From Candidatus Krumholzibacteriia bacterium (GTDB lineage Bacteria > Krumholzibacteriota > Krumholzibacteriia > JAJRXK01): a stretch of 64,000 bases of DNA. The stretch spans positions 64,001 through 128,000 of the forward strand of contig JBGPIA010000004.1 of assembly GCA_041484665.1 (NCBI GenBank). The letters run 5' to 3'. Each line of letters opens with the position of its first letter. Positions within the stretch are counted from its first letter, which is position 1. The translations under genes and the position numbers were made by a program. Positions 38,301-46,601 of the stretch are shown here, piece after piece. The notes below the pieces were generated by a model, which had not been told where the DNA came from, did no database searches, and saw only the letters and a list, made by a program, of their open reading frames with translations.

Positions 38301-39158
38301 CACGATCTGCTGCTGCGCCAGGGACAGATCGACGAAGCCATGGCGGCACTGCCCGAGGCGGAGGCGCTGAGCGCCGAGCGCAACGCCGAGCTCAGCCGCC
38401 GGTTCGCGACGCACCGCCCGCGCGTGCTGTCCAAGCCAGTGCTGGCGGCGCGCTGGGTGGCGTCGCTGCGCCGACAGGGCAAGCAGGACGAGGCGCTGAC
38501 CACGCTGCGCACGGCGGCGGAGGCAGCCCCGCAGGCGGAGGCCGTGCCGCTGTGGATCGACCTCGCGCGGCTGCTGCAGGAGTCCGGCCGCGCTGACGAG
38601 AGCCGCGCGATCATCGAGCGGCTGGTGGGCAGCGGCCACGACCGGGGTGCGCTCTACCAGACGCTGGAGAGCTGGTCCAGCCAGCGACTCGATCACGAGA
38701 TCGGGGCCGTGCGCGCCCGGCTGCAGCGCCAGCCGCAGTCGATGGACGCGGCCCTCGACCTGGCCGATCTCCTACTGCGCCAGGGGCGTGCCGACGAGGC
38801 CGAGCAGACCCTGCGCGCGGGGGCCGCCGAAGGCGAGCAGCGCCTGCGGCGTGCCTGCCTGCTGGCGCGAGCCTTTGTGGACTGTGGCCACGCAGCGTTC
38901 GCGGAGGCCGTGCTGCGGCCGCTGGCTGGCGTGGCCGACACCGGCAGCCTGTGGGCCGAGGAGATCCAATTCCGCCTCGCCGACTGCGCCGACCGCCTGG
39001 AGCGCCACGGCGAGGCCCACGCGCGCTTCGTGGCCCTGATCGACAGCCCGCGCTTCGGGCTGCGCGCGCGCCAGCGGGCGAAGGAGGCCTACGCGCGCTA
39101 TCTCGACGACGCCGCCGGCGCCTACCGTGCCGTGCTCTCGAAGGTGACGACCCTATGA
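35307..39158 (+). CDS. Large all-helical tetratricopeptide-repeat protein (about 1283 aa)
   Basis: Recurring TPR-like units (EAAQCLEQALKADP, EAARAYEQALRLD); no signal peptide or TM seen. Confidence 0.8.
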   Translation: MDRNLEKTLRKIQALRAAGQQDRALKQLQDLARKHPDTPHYQYEAAMVAFDLGDYGVGLTALKGLLRAAPDTREKVLKACCDRFNAQPTLPLAEFLVEQLLADRKLQEALSVAQALAPPELEVYRKKASVRQRSLSTSPDTPKDLLRAGHLTQLVIARAAREPQALAESIEALLALDPTLAPVLGEICAAALTDHQREPRLLLVHGRCLLQSGRVASGTEKLVEACSLQPAEAPGALALASAQQPSADQRAVWLRCVGDLALLARDGKVAAASFREAADVDPTLRTTLLSRLEAAPEPDSKEGLAELLKLRLRLMVVQRHYGSIPALTERILSEGLAPPEELRGLMGEGSAGPAGPAGPQKRPAELVMILAEAALAATDLRAVANYLAEIPDTDDHSLHRLLRSLEKALPQWPQDDRLELLALLAIVQARVGDREESNKTLVGMWGDRSDKLDVLFAITERCLERVHPTPTLLTCFLPHALRQGKESLVARALDSVLRHTPENVKWLVTDLIEYIDGHPQHAGNLLKLLDECDKDLGAAQHLRYPVACAALLAQRFERAIPEFQILLMARPQLASEVLERVRKALRENPGDLHLNLSAYELLAEEKAWGEAAQCLEQALKADPTRIEELSQRFDQLLERDPQSLELWRCYADALFAVGRFGQVAAVCERASGHLQPDEQGDFRLLRARMMVEDGHLSEALDVVAELLESGAVTPARSADVVRAVVAADPTSGRAQLLLGVASAEDGLLDAAIEALVAAARADRTLVGAVTQKLEELAARPAAQPAHLVQLAGFYRWKGATKEAARAYEQALRLDREMSERVLLELSRELDDPHGDLALTMVGARAARMAGRAEQACTLLTQVYSRDTGRFESVLAELRKTADDFQGEMLAPRTMARVLLAHRSQSAAAEVIMALAENTRYPLQARLETLQEFHKRLSGHAGLAISLAQLWSAGGNVEEAVELLWLAVDGEELDAPRAARVCRSLLQSAPEHGELRLILHDLLLRQGQIDEAMAALPEAEALSAERNAELSRRFATHRPRVLSKPVLAARWVASLRRQGKQDEALTTLRTAAEAAPQAEAVPLWIDLARLLQESGRADESRAIIERLVGSGHDRGALYQTLESWSSQRLDHEIGAVRARLQRQPQSMDAALDLADLLLRQGRADEAEQTLRAGAAEGEQRLRRACLLARAFVDCGHAAFAEAVLRPLAGVADTGSLWAEEIQFRLADCADRLERHGEAHARFVALIDSPRFGLRARQRAKEAYARYLDDAAGAYRAVLSKVTTL

Positions 39159-39281
39159 CCCCCGCCGTGCGACAGGCGCCTGCAGAGGCGTCCGCCATCC
39201 ATGGCGGGCGGCGCCGCAGCGCCGCAGCGCCGCGCGTCGCTCGCCATCTGCCCGTCCGTCTGAATCCGCAGGAGTGAAGCC

Positions 39282-40880
39282 ATGCAGGACCGTTCCACAA
39301 GTGTCCGACCGCCGACCAGCAAGTCGGTGCCCCGCCCGGCCGAGGGGCGTGCAGGGGGGACGAACGCGGACGAGGCCTCGGTGCTCGTCATGGAGGCACT
39401 CGAGCGTCTGGCCGGAGCCACCGACCAACTCGCCAACCAGGTGATCCAGCGCCTCGACCGCGTGCGCGACGATCTCGTGGAGGGGGGCGGCGAAGCGGAT
39501 CAGAAGCTGCGCGAGCGCATCGATACCATCGTCACGGAGGTCGCCGGGCGCGTCGAGCGGCTGGAGGCACAGGTCGACCGCGGGTTGCAGGAGCTGCGCC
39601 AGCGCCTGGAGGGCGCGCCGCACGGCGGAGATCAGGGCGGGGGCGCCATCCAGGAAGCCGGGCGCCAGGCGGAGCAGACGCTGCGCGCCGCCGCACAGGA
39701 GGTCAGCGAAGGGGCGCGGTCGCGCGACGCCGCGCTGCGCACGGCGCTGGCCGAGGGGCTTGACAACCTCGGCCGCAACGTCGAGCGCATGGGCTCCGCG
39801 GAGCGCGGGCGGCTCGAGGCGCGGCTGGAGTCCGCGCAGGAGCGCTGGGACCGCGCGTTCGCGGAGCTGCGCGGAGCCCTCGAGAGCGCCGCGCAGGAGC
39901 GGGCGCAGACCGCCCACTCCGTCCAGAGCGCCTTGCAGGAGCAGATGCGCACCCTGGCGCAGGGGCTCGAGCTGGCGCGCGGCGCGTGGGAGAAGCGCAT
40001 GGAGGCCCTCGCCAGCACGGTGGAGACGAGCCTGCGCCAGACCGAGTCCGCGCTGCGCGGAGGGATCTCCGAGCAGCAGCGCGTCTGGCAGCAGCGCCTC
40101 GAGGAGTCCGAGCAGCGGCAGGCCCGCCTGCAGCAGGAGGCGCACGAGCGCCTGGCGCGCGCCGAGTCCATCCTCGCGCGCTTCGAGGCGCAGTCGCAGG
40201 AGCGCCTGAAGGACTTCGAGGCGCGCGTCAGCGGCTGGCACGACGGCCAGAGCACGCGCATGGAGCACATCGAGGAGCAGTCGCGGGGCCTGCGAGCCAT
40301 GGGTGAGCGGCTGGAGCGCAGCCACCAGGACATAATGAAATTCCTGGAGGAGGCCCGCACCCACGCCACCGAGCAGCAGCAACGCGCTGAGCGCGAAGAG
40401 GCGCGCCGGGTGAACAACGCGGGCGTGAGCAGTTACCACGCCGGCGACTACGACGCCGCCCTCAAGTTGTTCGAGAAGGCGATCACCCTCGACACCCGCT
40501 TCGCCGAGGCCTTCAACAACCTCGGGCTCTGCTACACCGAGCTCGGGCGGCACGACGAGGCCACCGCCGCGTTCGAGTCGGCCATCGAGCTGGCGCCGGA
40601 GCTGGGCGCGGTCTACAACAATCTCGGCTACTCCCTGTACCTGCAGTCGAACTACAACGCCGCCGTCGAGATGTACAAGGAGGCCGTCGACCGCAGCAAC
40701 AACAGCAGCGCCGCGTACACCAATCTCGGCAACGCCTACCACAAGCTCGGCGAGACCGACAAGGCGGTGGAGGCATGGCGGCGCGCGGTGGAGGTCGACC
40801 CCACCAACGAGCGCGCGGCCGCCTACCTGGAACGGGTCACGGCCGGGGTGACACCGGCTCCGCGGCCGAAGGCAGGCTGA
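39282..40880 (+). CDS. Long coiled-coil protein with C-terminal TPRs
   Basis: E/Q/R-rich helical region of about 370 aa, then four canonical TPRs (AFNNLG, VYNNLG, AYTNLG); AGGAG RBS. Confidence 0.88.
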   Translation: MQDRSTSVRPPTSKSVPRPAEGRAGGTNADEASVLVMEALERLAGATDQLANQVIQRLDRVRDDLVEGGGEADQKLRERIDTIVTEVAGRVERLEAQVDRGLQELRQRLEGAPHGGDQGGGAIQEAGRQAEQTLRAAAQEVSEGARSRDAALRTALAEGLDNLGRNVERMGSAERGRLEARLESAQERWDRAFAELRGALESAAQERAQTAHSVQSALQEQMRTLAQGLELARGAWEKRMEALASTVETSLRQTESALRGGISEQQRVWQQRLEESEQRQARLQQEAHERLARAESILARFEAQSQERLKDFEARVSGWHDGQSTRMEHIEEQSRGLRAMGERLERSHQDIMKFLEEARTHATEQQQRAEREEARRVNNAGVSSYHAGDYDAALKLFEKAITLDTRFAEAFNNLGLCYTELGRHDEATAAFESAIELAPELGAVYNNLGYSLYLQSNYNAAVEMYKEAVDRSNNSSAAYTNLGNAYHKLGETDKAVEAWRRAVEVDPTNERAAAYLERVTAGVTPAPRPKAG

Positions 40881-42039
40881 GTCCGGGCGGCTTCGTCTGC
40901 CCAGCGGGCGCGGCCGCGCCGCACGCGCCCGTCGCACGCAGGGCGTCCAACACCTCCGCGATGGAGATGCCCTCCATCGTGCCGTCGCGGCTCTGCACCG
41001 CGGCCACCGCGGAGGAGGGCGGCTTCCACACCGATGCCAGGGTGGGCCCGAACAGCGCCACGGTCGCGGTACCCACCGCGCCCGCCACGTGCATGATCCC
41101 CGTGTCGTTGACCAGGGCGAAGTCGGTCTCGGCTAGGGCGGCCGCGACCACCGGCACCGCGGCGTCGCGCAACACGGGCAGCGGCCGGCCCAGCGCCGAG
41201 AGCGTCTGCGCGGTGGCTTGACCATCGGCCGGCCCCTCGATCAGATAGACGCGCGAGCCGGCCTGCTGCAACGCGGCGATGGCGGCCGCGAAGCGCTCCG
41301 GCGGCCAGCGGTTGCGCTCCTTGCCCGCGCCCGGGTGCACGGCCGCGCGTGGCCGCTCCCCCACCGTGCGCAGGAAGGCGTGCGCGAGCTCGCGGGCGGG
41401 TGCGTCGGGCACGATCAACGTCGAGCGGTCCTGCGTGACGATCCCCGCGGCGGCCAACGGCAGCAGCCCGTGATCGATGGCGTGCGCTCCGGCGTCGGCG
41501 CACAGGGGCAGCGTGAGGTTGTAGAGCCAATCGGAGAAGGTCCAGCCGAACGGGCGGCTCTCCCCGCCGATCACCCGGGGCGCCCCGCTGAGCACCGCAA
41601 TCCAGGCCGACGTTCCGCTGAAGCTCACGGTGTTGAGCACCACGGCCAGGTCGGGCGCGAACGCGCGCAACCGCCTCATGAAGCGCAGCGCGGCCCGCGG
41701 GGAGCGCCGGACGGCCACCTTGTCGAACAACAGAATCTCGTCGAGGTAGGGATTGCCGCGCACCACGCCGTCGTTGACCGGGGCGGTGACCAGCAGCGTG
41801 CGAGCGCCGGGGAATGACTGGCGCAACGCACGAAAGGCCGGAACCGCGCAGAGCATGTCCCCCATCTGGTTGTGCTGGCGCACGATCAGGACGCGCCGCG
41901 GCCGCTCGGCCGCGATCTGCGCCAGAGTCAGCTTGGGCCGGCGGATGAACGGACGCAGCAGCGTCTCCAGCGCTCTCTTCAGCCAGCGGTCGCGCCGCCG
42001 ATTGACTCGTCCCACCATTGCGCTCCTTGCCCGCGACAC
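40837..42039 (-). CDS. GT9 glycosyltransferase (LPS heptosyltransferase-like)
   Basis: NQMGDMLCAVP, HPGAGKERNRWP, NDTGIMHVAGAVG, ALFGPT; start uncertain. Confidence 0.9.
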   Translation of the reverse strand: MSRARSAMVGRVNRRRDRWLKRALETLLRPFIRRPKLTLAQIAAERPRRVLIVRQHNQMGDMLCAVPAFRALRQSFPGARTLLVTAPVNDGVVRGNPYLDEILLFDKVAVRRSPRAALRFMRRLRAFAPDLAVVLNTVSFSGTSAWIAVLSGAPRVIGGESRPFGWTFSDWLYNLTLPLCADAGAHAIDHGLLPLAAAGIVTQDRSTLIVPDAPARELAHAFLRTVGERPRAAVHPGAGKERNRWPPERFAAAIAALQQAGSRVYLIEGPADGQATAQTLSALGRPLPVLRDAAVPVVAAALAETDFALVNDTGIMHVAGAVGTATVALFGPTLASVWKPPSSAVAAVQSRDGTMEGISIAEVLDALRATGACGAAAPAGQTKPPGLSLPSAAEPVSPRP

Positions 42040-42050
42040 GCCGCCGCCGG

Positions 42051-43202
42051 CTAGCGCCCCCCGCGCCGCGGGGGCTCGTCTTGGTGCGCGCCGGCGCCTG
42101 GCAGCTCCGCTAGGAGGGCGCTGTAGCTGGCATAGCGACCGGGGTCGATGCGGCCAGCTTGCAGCGCGGCGCGCACCGCGCAGCCCGGCTCCTCGACGTG
42201 CAAGCAGTCACGGAAGCGGCACTCTCCGACCTCCCGCGCGATCTCCACGAACGCGGGCGCCAGATCGGCGCGGGTCATCCCCCACAGCCCGAACTCCCGC
42301 ATACCGGGCGTGTCCGCGAGGTAGCCGCCAGCCTCCAGTCGGTAGAGGCGGCTGGTGGTGGTGGTATGGCGACCCAAACCGGTCCGCTCCATCACGCTGG
42401 CCACCCGCAGGCTCAGGTGCGGCTGAAGGCGCGTGAGGAGGCTGCTCTTGCCGGCGCCCGACGGTCCCACGAAGGCATGGATCCCCTCGCGCAGCCGCAG
42501 GCGCAACCGCTCGATCCCCTCGCCGGTGGCCACCGAGCACAGCACCACGGGGTAGCCCAGGCCCTCGTAAAGCGCCGCCAGCGCGGCGGGATCCTCTCCG
42601 GAGGCCAGCTCGGACTTGTTGACGATCAGACCGGCCGGAACGCCCTGGTGAGAGGCCGACGCGAGCACCCGATCCACGAAGCGGACGCTGGGGGCGGGCT
42701 CGTCGCGCGCGACGACGACCCACAGACAGTCCAGGTTGGCGATGACCACCTGCTCGCGCGAGCGGCGCCCGTCGCCGGTTGGCGCGGGGCGGCTGATCTT
42801 GTTGCGCCGGGGCAGGACCTCGTCAATGACCCCCGTCCGCTCCGTGCGCTGGGTGCCACCGCCGTTGGGTGCGGAGTCCGCCGCGACGACGCCCGCGCGA
42901 CCCGCGGTGCCCTTGGGACCCTCGGTGCCCTCGGGAGGCTCAGTGCCCGTGGGGGACACGGGGCCCTGTTGGCCTTCCTTGCGGGGCGTGAAGAGGACGC
43001 GGTCGCCGATCACGGCCAGGCGGACCACCTCTTGGCGGCCCTTGCGGAGGCGGCCGCGCAGGGCGCAGGCCCACGGAAGCAGTGGATCGGCGTGGCTCTC
43101 CTCCACCAGGTAGCGATTGGCGCCGTGCTGGATCACCAGCCCCGGCCGGCTTACCCCCGCGCTGCCGGGAGCGCCGCCGCCCACATTCCCGGCCGCGCTC
43201 AC
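42051..43202 (-). CDS. rsgA: Ribosome small subunit-dependent GTPase A
   Basis: LRGRLR, VIGDRV, ANLD, NKSE, GPSGAGKSS, GRHTTT, DTPG, CRFRDCLHVEEPGC zinc finger. Confidence 0.95.
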   Translation of the reverse strand: MSAAGNVGGGAPGSAGVSRPGLVIQHGANRYLVEESHADPLLPWACALRGRLRKGRQEVVRLAVIGDRVLFTPRKEGQQGPVSPTGTEPPEGTEGPKGTAGRAGVVAADSAPNGGGTQRTERTGVIDEVLPRRNKISRPAPTGDGRRSREQVVIANLDCLWVVVARDEPAPSVRFVDRVLASASHQGVPAGLIVNKSELASGEDPAALAALYEGLGYPVVLCSVATGEGIERLRLRLREGIHAFVGPSGAGKSSLLTRLQPHLSLRVASVMERTGLGRHTTTTSRLYRLEAGGYLADTPGMREFGLWGMTRADLAPAFVEIAREVGECRFRDCLHVEEPGCAVRAALQAGRIDPGRYASYSALLAELPGAGAHQDEPPRRGGR

Positions 43203-43321
43203 ACCTGCACCCCTGCCCGCGTTCTTGCCACAGGGGCCATTCCAGAGGTTGTCGCCGGGCGACCCATTTGATAGCCTGACAGTCCAGCCGATCGGGCGCC
43301 TGCGGCTGCATAGCGATCTCT

Positions 43322-43789
43322 ATGACAATCGACGAGCTGATCCGTCACGTGCAGCCGTCCTCCTCCGTGCTCGCGCTGCAGGCACGGGACAAGCAGACAG
43401 TCCTCACCGAGATCACCGACGCCCTCGTCGAGCGCGGTCACGTCAAGGATCGCGATGTCGTGCTGCAGATGCTGCGCAATCGCGAGCAGCTGGGCAGCAC
43501 CGCCGTCGGCGCCGGCGTCGCCTTTCCACACGGCCGCTCCCTCGCCGTCCAGAAGCTGACGATCCTGGTGGCGCGCAGCGCGCAGGGGGTGGACTTCGGC
43601 GGCCTGGACGGGAAACCGACCCGCCTTTTCTTCGTGCTGATGGCACCCCCCCAAGATAGCGGCAATCTCTATCTGCAGGCCCTCGGCAAGCTCACCGAGC
43701 TGGTCGCTCGCGACGACGTGCGCCGGGCCCTGTTGCAGACCGCGGACCTGGACGCGTTGGTTGGCATCTTAAGGGGGGCGGGCAAGTGA
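43322..43789 (+). CDS. PTS EIIA domain protein (PtsN/fructose-mannitol type)
   Basis: REQLGSTAVGAGVAFPHGR with phospho-His, GVDFGGLDGKP. Confidence 0.9.
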   Translation: MTIDELIRHVQPSSSVLALQARDKQTVLTEITDALVERGHVKDRDVVLQMLRNREQLGSTAVGAGVAFPHGRSLAVQKLTILVARSAQGVDFGGLDGKPTRLFFVLMAPPQDSGNLYLQALGKLTELVARDDVRRALLQTADLDALVGILRGAGK

Positions 43790-44136
43790 GCCAAGAGCGG
43801 GAAACGCAGCTCCTGGTAGCGCTGCAGGACCTCGAGCAGATGATCCGTGAGGCCGAGGACAAGCGCAATCGGGAGGCACTGGAGAAGATGGGGTTCCCGG
43901 TGACCGGCGTTGAGGAGCTGCGCAAGGCGCAGAAGAAGCTAGAGGACAAGATCGCCCCTCAGGTGCTGGGCCGCTATCGCAAGCTCACGACCCGCAGCGG
44001 CCGGGCGGTGGTGCCCGTGGTCGACGGCACCTGCACCGGCTGTTTCACCAACGTTCCGGCCATCTTCACCAGCTCGGTCAACGCGGGCAAGGTCATCTAC
44101 TGCGAGACCTGCGGCCGCGTGCTCTTCTGGCCCTAG
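43786..44136 (+). CDS. Short C4-type zinc-ribbon protein (DUF164/CdsZ/HP0958-like)
   Basis: LLVALQDLE start, AVVPVVDGTCTGC...CETCGRVLFW; GTGA overlap with EIIA. Confidence 0.85.
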   Translation: MSQERETQLLVALQDLEQMIREAEDKRNREALEKMGFPVTGVEELRKAQKKLEDKIAPQVLGRYRKLTTRSGRAVVPVVDGTCTGCFTNVPAIFTSSVNAGKVIYCETCGRVLFWP

Positions 44137-44247
44137 GCGGGCGGCGGCCAGATTCCGGCCAGAGTTCGGGCTCCAGCGCTCGCAGTCCGCCCCGTCGATC
44201 TCATCCTAAGCCAATATCAACAAATGAGTTGGCAAATTTGCGGCCGG

Positions 44248-44264
44248 TGGGCACCCCGGTTGCT
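44248..44264 (+). promoter_or_regulatory. Putative sigma54 promoter for bactofilin
   Basis: TGGGCACCCCGGTTGCT: GGCAC-N5-TTGCT. Confidence 0.6.
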
Positions 44265-44315
44265 GGCGCAGGGATGCCCGGACACCGGTTCGACCCTATC
44301 CCGACGGAGGGACGC

Positions 44316-44900
44316 ATGTTCAGCGGCAAGGAAAGACAAAGAAGCGGCGATTACGCGCAGCCCCCCCGCCCCGTCACGACGCAGGGCAAGAGCAACCCAG
44401 AGGGCGCGATCACCGCCTATCTGGGGCCCGACACCCACATCGAGGGGACGCTGCGCTTCCAGCACTCGGTTCTGATCGAGGGCTCCTTCAAGGGAGAGAT
44501 CCACAGCGGCGGCAGCCTCGTCATCGGCGAGAGCGCTGTGGTGGAGGCGCGTATCACGACCCTCAACATCACGATCAAGGGCGTGGTCAAGGGGACCATC
44601 GAGGCCAGCGAGCGGGTCTGCATCCAGGGCAACGGCCAGGTCTACGGCGACATCACCACGGCCTCGCTGCAGATGGACGAGTCGGTGGTGTTCCAGGGCA
44701 GCTGCTCGATGCCGAAGGGAACGACCACCAGCGGCGGCGGCACCAGCACCACCAGCAGCATCACCACCAGCAGCAGCACGAGTGGCAGCAGCACCATCCG
44801 CAACTCGACCCTCAAGCCCTCGGCGATCGACGCCCCATCCTGGAAGGACGAGGACAAGATCTATGACGCGGTCATGAAGACCGCCGACGACAAGAAGTAG
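44316..44900 (+). CDS. Bactofilin (polymer-forming cytoskeletal protein)
   Basis: YLGPDTHIEGTL...IEGSFKGEI...GVVKGTI...VYGDI...FQGSCSM beta-helix; S/T-rich tail; GGAGG RBS. Confidence 0.92.
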   Translation: MFSGKERQRSGDYAQPPRPVTTQGKSNPEGAITAYLGPDTHIEGTLRFQHSVLIEGSFKGEIHSGGSLVIGESAVVEARITTLNITIKGVVKGTIEASERVCIQGNGQVYGDITTASLQMDESVVFQGSCSMPKGTTTSGGGTSTTSSITTSSSTSGSSTIRNSTLKPSAIDAPSWKDEDKIYDAVMKTADDKK

Positions 44901-45064
44901 GGCGCTTCCCCCGGCTCCTTGCTGCAGTTCCGTTCCCGGTCGGTCGAGAAGTAGGCTCTCACGGCGGTCCCGGGGATCGGGCGGCGCGGCGCAGCGCCGC
45001 CCGTACTCGTTTCGTGCGGTGGGGTGACCGATCCATGCTGGGGGGGCAGGCGCCCCGGCATCGT

Positions 45065-46354
45065 TCAGCGCCGGTCGGGTGGCCCGCCGGTGTCGGCCAA
45101 CGCGCGGGCGTGGGCCATCACGGTGGTGACCTGCTCGACGACCTGGTTGGCCTCGCCGCCGTCGTCGGCGCCCTCGAGGTCCCTCGACTTCTCCTTCTGG
45201 ACGCGCAGCGCCTCGAAATCGGCGATCTCCGCATCGCTCATCCCGCCCGGCTCCTTCTCGAACACGAAATCCTTGCTCTCGTAGTCCACGGTGACGAGGT
45301 CCCCGCGCACGAGCTGGCCGCTGGAGATCAGGTGGCTGATCGGGGTGACCAGCCGGGCCTCCACGGCACGGCGCAGCGGCCGGGCCCCGAATTGCGGATC
45401 GGTCCCGATTCCGACCAGGGCGTCCTTGGCCGCGTGCTCGACGCGCAGCAGGAAGGGCTCCGCGCAGTCGATGCTGCGGATGTGGATGTTGGCGATCAGG
45501 TTGTCGAGGATCTCGTAGAGGTGGGGCTCCTTGAGCGTATCGTAGACGATCATCTCGTCGAAGCGGTTGAGGAACTCGAAGGGGAACACCTTGCGCGCCT
45601 CGCGCAATGCCGACTCGTGGATGTCCTTGTCCAGGCGCTGCCCCTCGAAACCCCCGTGGAAGCCGATGGAGTGGTGGGCGATGTGCGCTCCCATGGCCTC
45701 GCTGCCCACGTTGGTGGTGAGCACGATGATCGAGCGCGTGAAATCGACTTCCTCGTTATTGCCCAGCACGAGGTTGCCGTCCTCCAGGATGCCCAGCAGC
45801 ATGTTCCAGAGCTTGGGGTGGGCCTTCTCGATCTCGTCGAACAGCACGAGCGACAGGTAGGAGTCCTCCTCGGGGAAGATCTTGTTCACCTTGCCCAGCC
45901 CATCGGCGAACATGCCCAACCCTTCCTGATAGGCCTTCTTGTGATGGCGGTCGAGGTTCTCCTGGCACAAGAGCGGCTTGATCTCGCCGCCCACGTAGCC
46001 CGGGGGGCTGCCCAAGAGCTTGCTCATATTGTAGTGCGCGGAGTACTCCTGGCAGTTGACGCGGGTGTAGGCCTTGCGCGACCCGAACAGCGCCTCGGCT
46101 AGGCAGCGCACGGTCTCGGTCTTCCCCACTCCCGTGGGCCCCAGCAGCATCATGGTAAGCAGCGGTCGCTCGGGATCGCTGATGCCCGCGAGCACGCGGC
46201 TGAATGAGTTCGTGACCGTGTCCAGCGCCGTCGGCTGCCCGATGACCATGCGTTGCATGCGCTCGTGGAAGCGAGCGAGCTGCGGGTTGCGCTTCCCCGG
46301 ATCCAGCCGCAGGCGCTTGGCCGGGCTGCTCGGGCAGGGGGCGGGCTGGGTCAT
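45065..46354 (-). CDS. Single-NBD ClpA/B-like AAA+ ATPase (D2 module only)
   Basis: VIGQ, GPTGVGKTE, LLGSPPGYVG pore loop, LFDEIEKAH, TTNVG, EFLNRFD, FGARPLRR; no N-domain or D1. Confidence 0.9.
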   Translation of the reverse strand: MTQPAPCPSSPAKRLRLDPGKRNPQLARFHERMQRMVIGQPTALDTVTNSFSRVLAGISDPERPLLTMMLLGPTGVGKTETVRCLAEALFGSRKAYTRVNCQEYSAHYNMSKLLGSPPGYVGGEIKPLLCQENLDRHHKKAYQEGLGMFADGLGKVNKIFPEEDSYLSLVLFDEIEKAHPKLWNMLLGILEDGNLVLGNNEEVDFTRSIIVLTTNVGSEAMGAHIAHHSIGFHGGFEGQRLDKDIHESALREARKVFPFEFLNRFDEMIVYDTLKEPHLYEILDNLIANIHIRSIDCAEPFLLRVEHAAKDALVGIGTDPQFGARPLRRAVEARLVTPISHLISSGQLVRGDLVTVDYESKDFVFEKEPGGMSDAEIADFEALRVQKEKSRDLEGADDGGEANQVVEQVTTVMAHARALADTGGPPDRR

Positions 46355-46449
46355 CGCGACGTCCTCCGCTGGCTCGGCGAGTCGGTCGCGGCCCTGGATC
46401 GCTGCGCTGCAAAGCGTTGCGTGGGGTGCCGCGGCTCGCGCGGAGGCAA

Positions 46450-46466
46450 TGCAAGGATCCGGCCCG
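46450..46466 (-). promoter_or_regulatory. Possible sigma54 promoter for the Clp-like ATPase
   Basis: CGGGCCGGATCCTTGCA: GG-N10-GC with TTGCA; weaker -24 element. Confidence 0.4.
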
Positions 46467-46601
46467 CCAAAGTAGGCCGAGCTCGGCCGCGTGACGCACC
46501 GGGACCCCTCGCGGAGTGCGCAGTGGAAGGACCGGCCGTCGCGCTCCGTCCCCGGGAAGCGCGAGGAATCCCCGGGCAGGAACGAGTTGCCGGCCGGCGC
46601 G

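Noticed and set aside
39155..39277. 40-codon ORF and alternative hairpins between the two TPR genes
   Set aside because: Low-complexity translation; stems are explainable by GC richness
44720..44800. ACC/AGC triplet-rich tract in bactofilin as a repeat element
   Set aside because: Encodes a Ser/Thr-rich disordered linker, common in bactofilin tails
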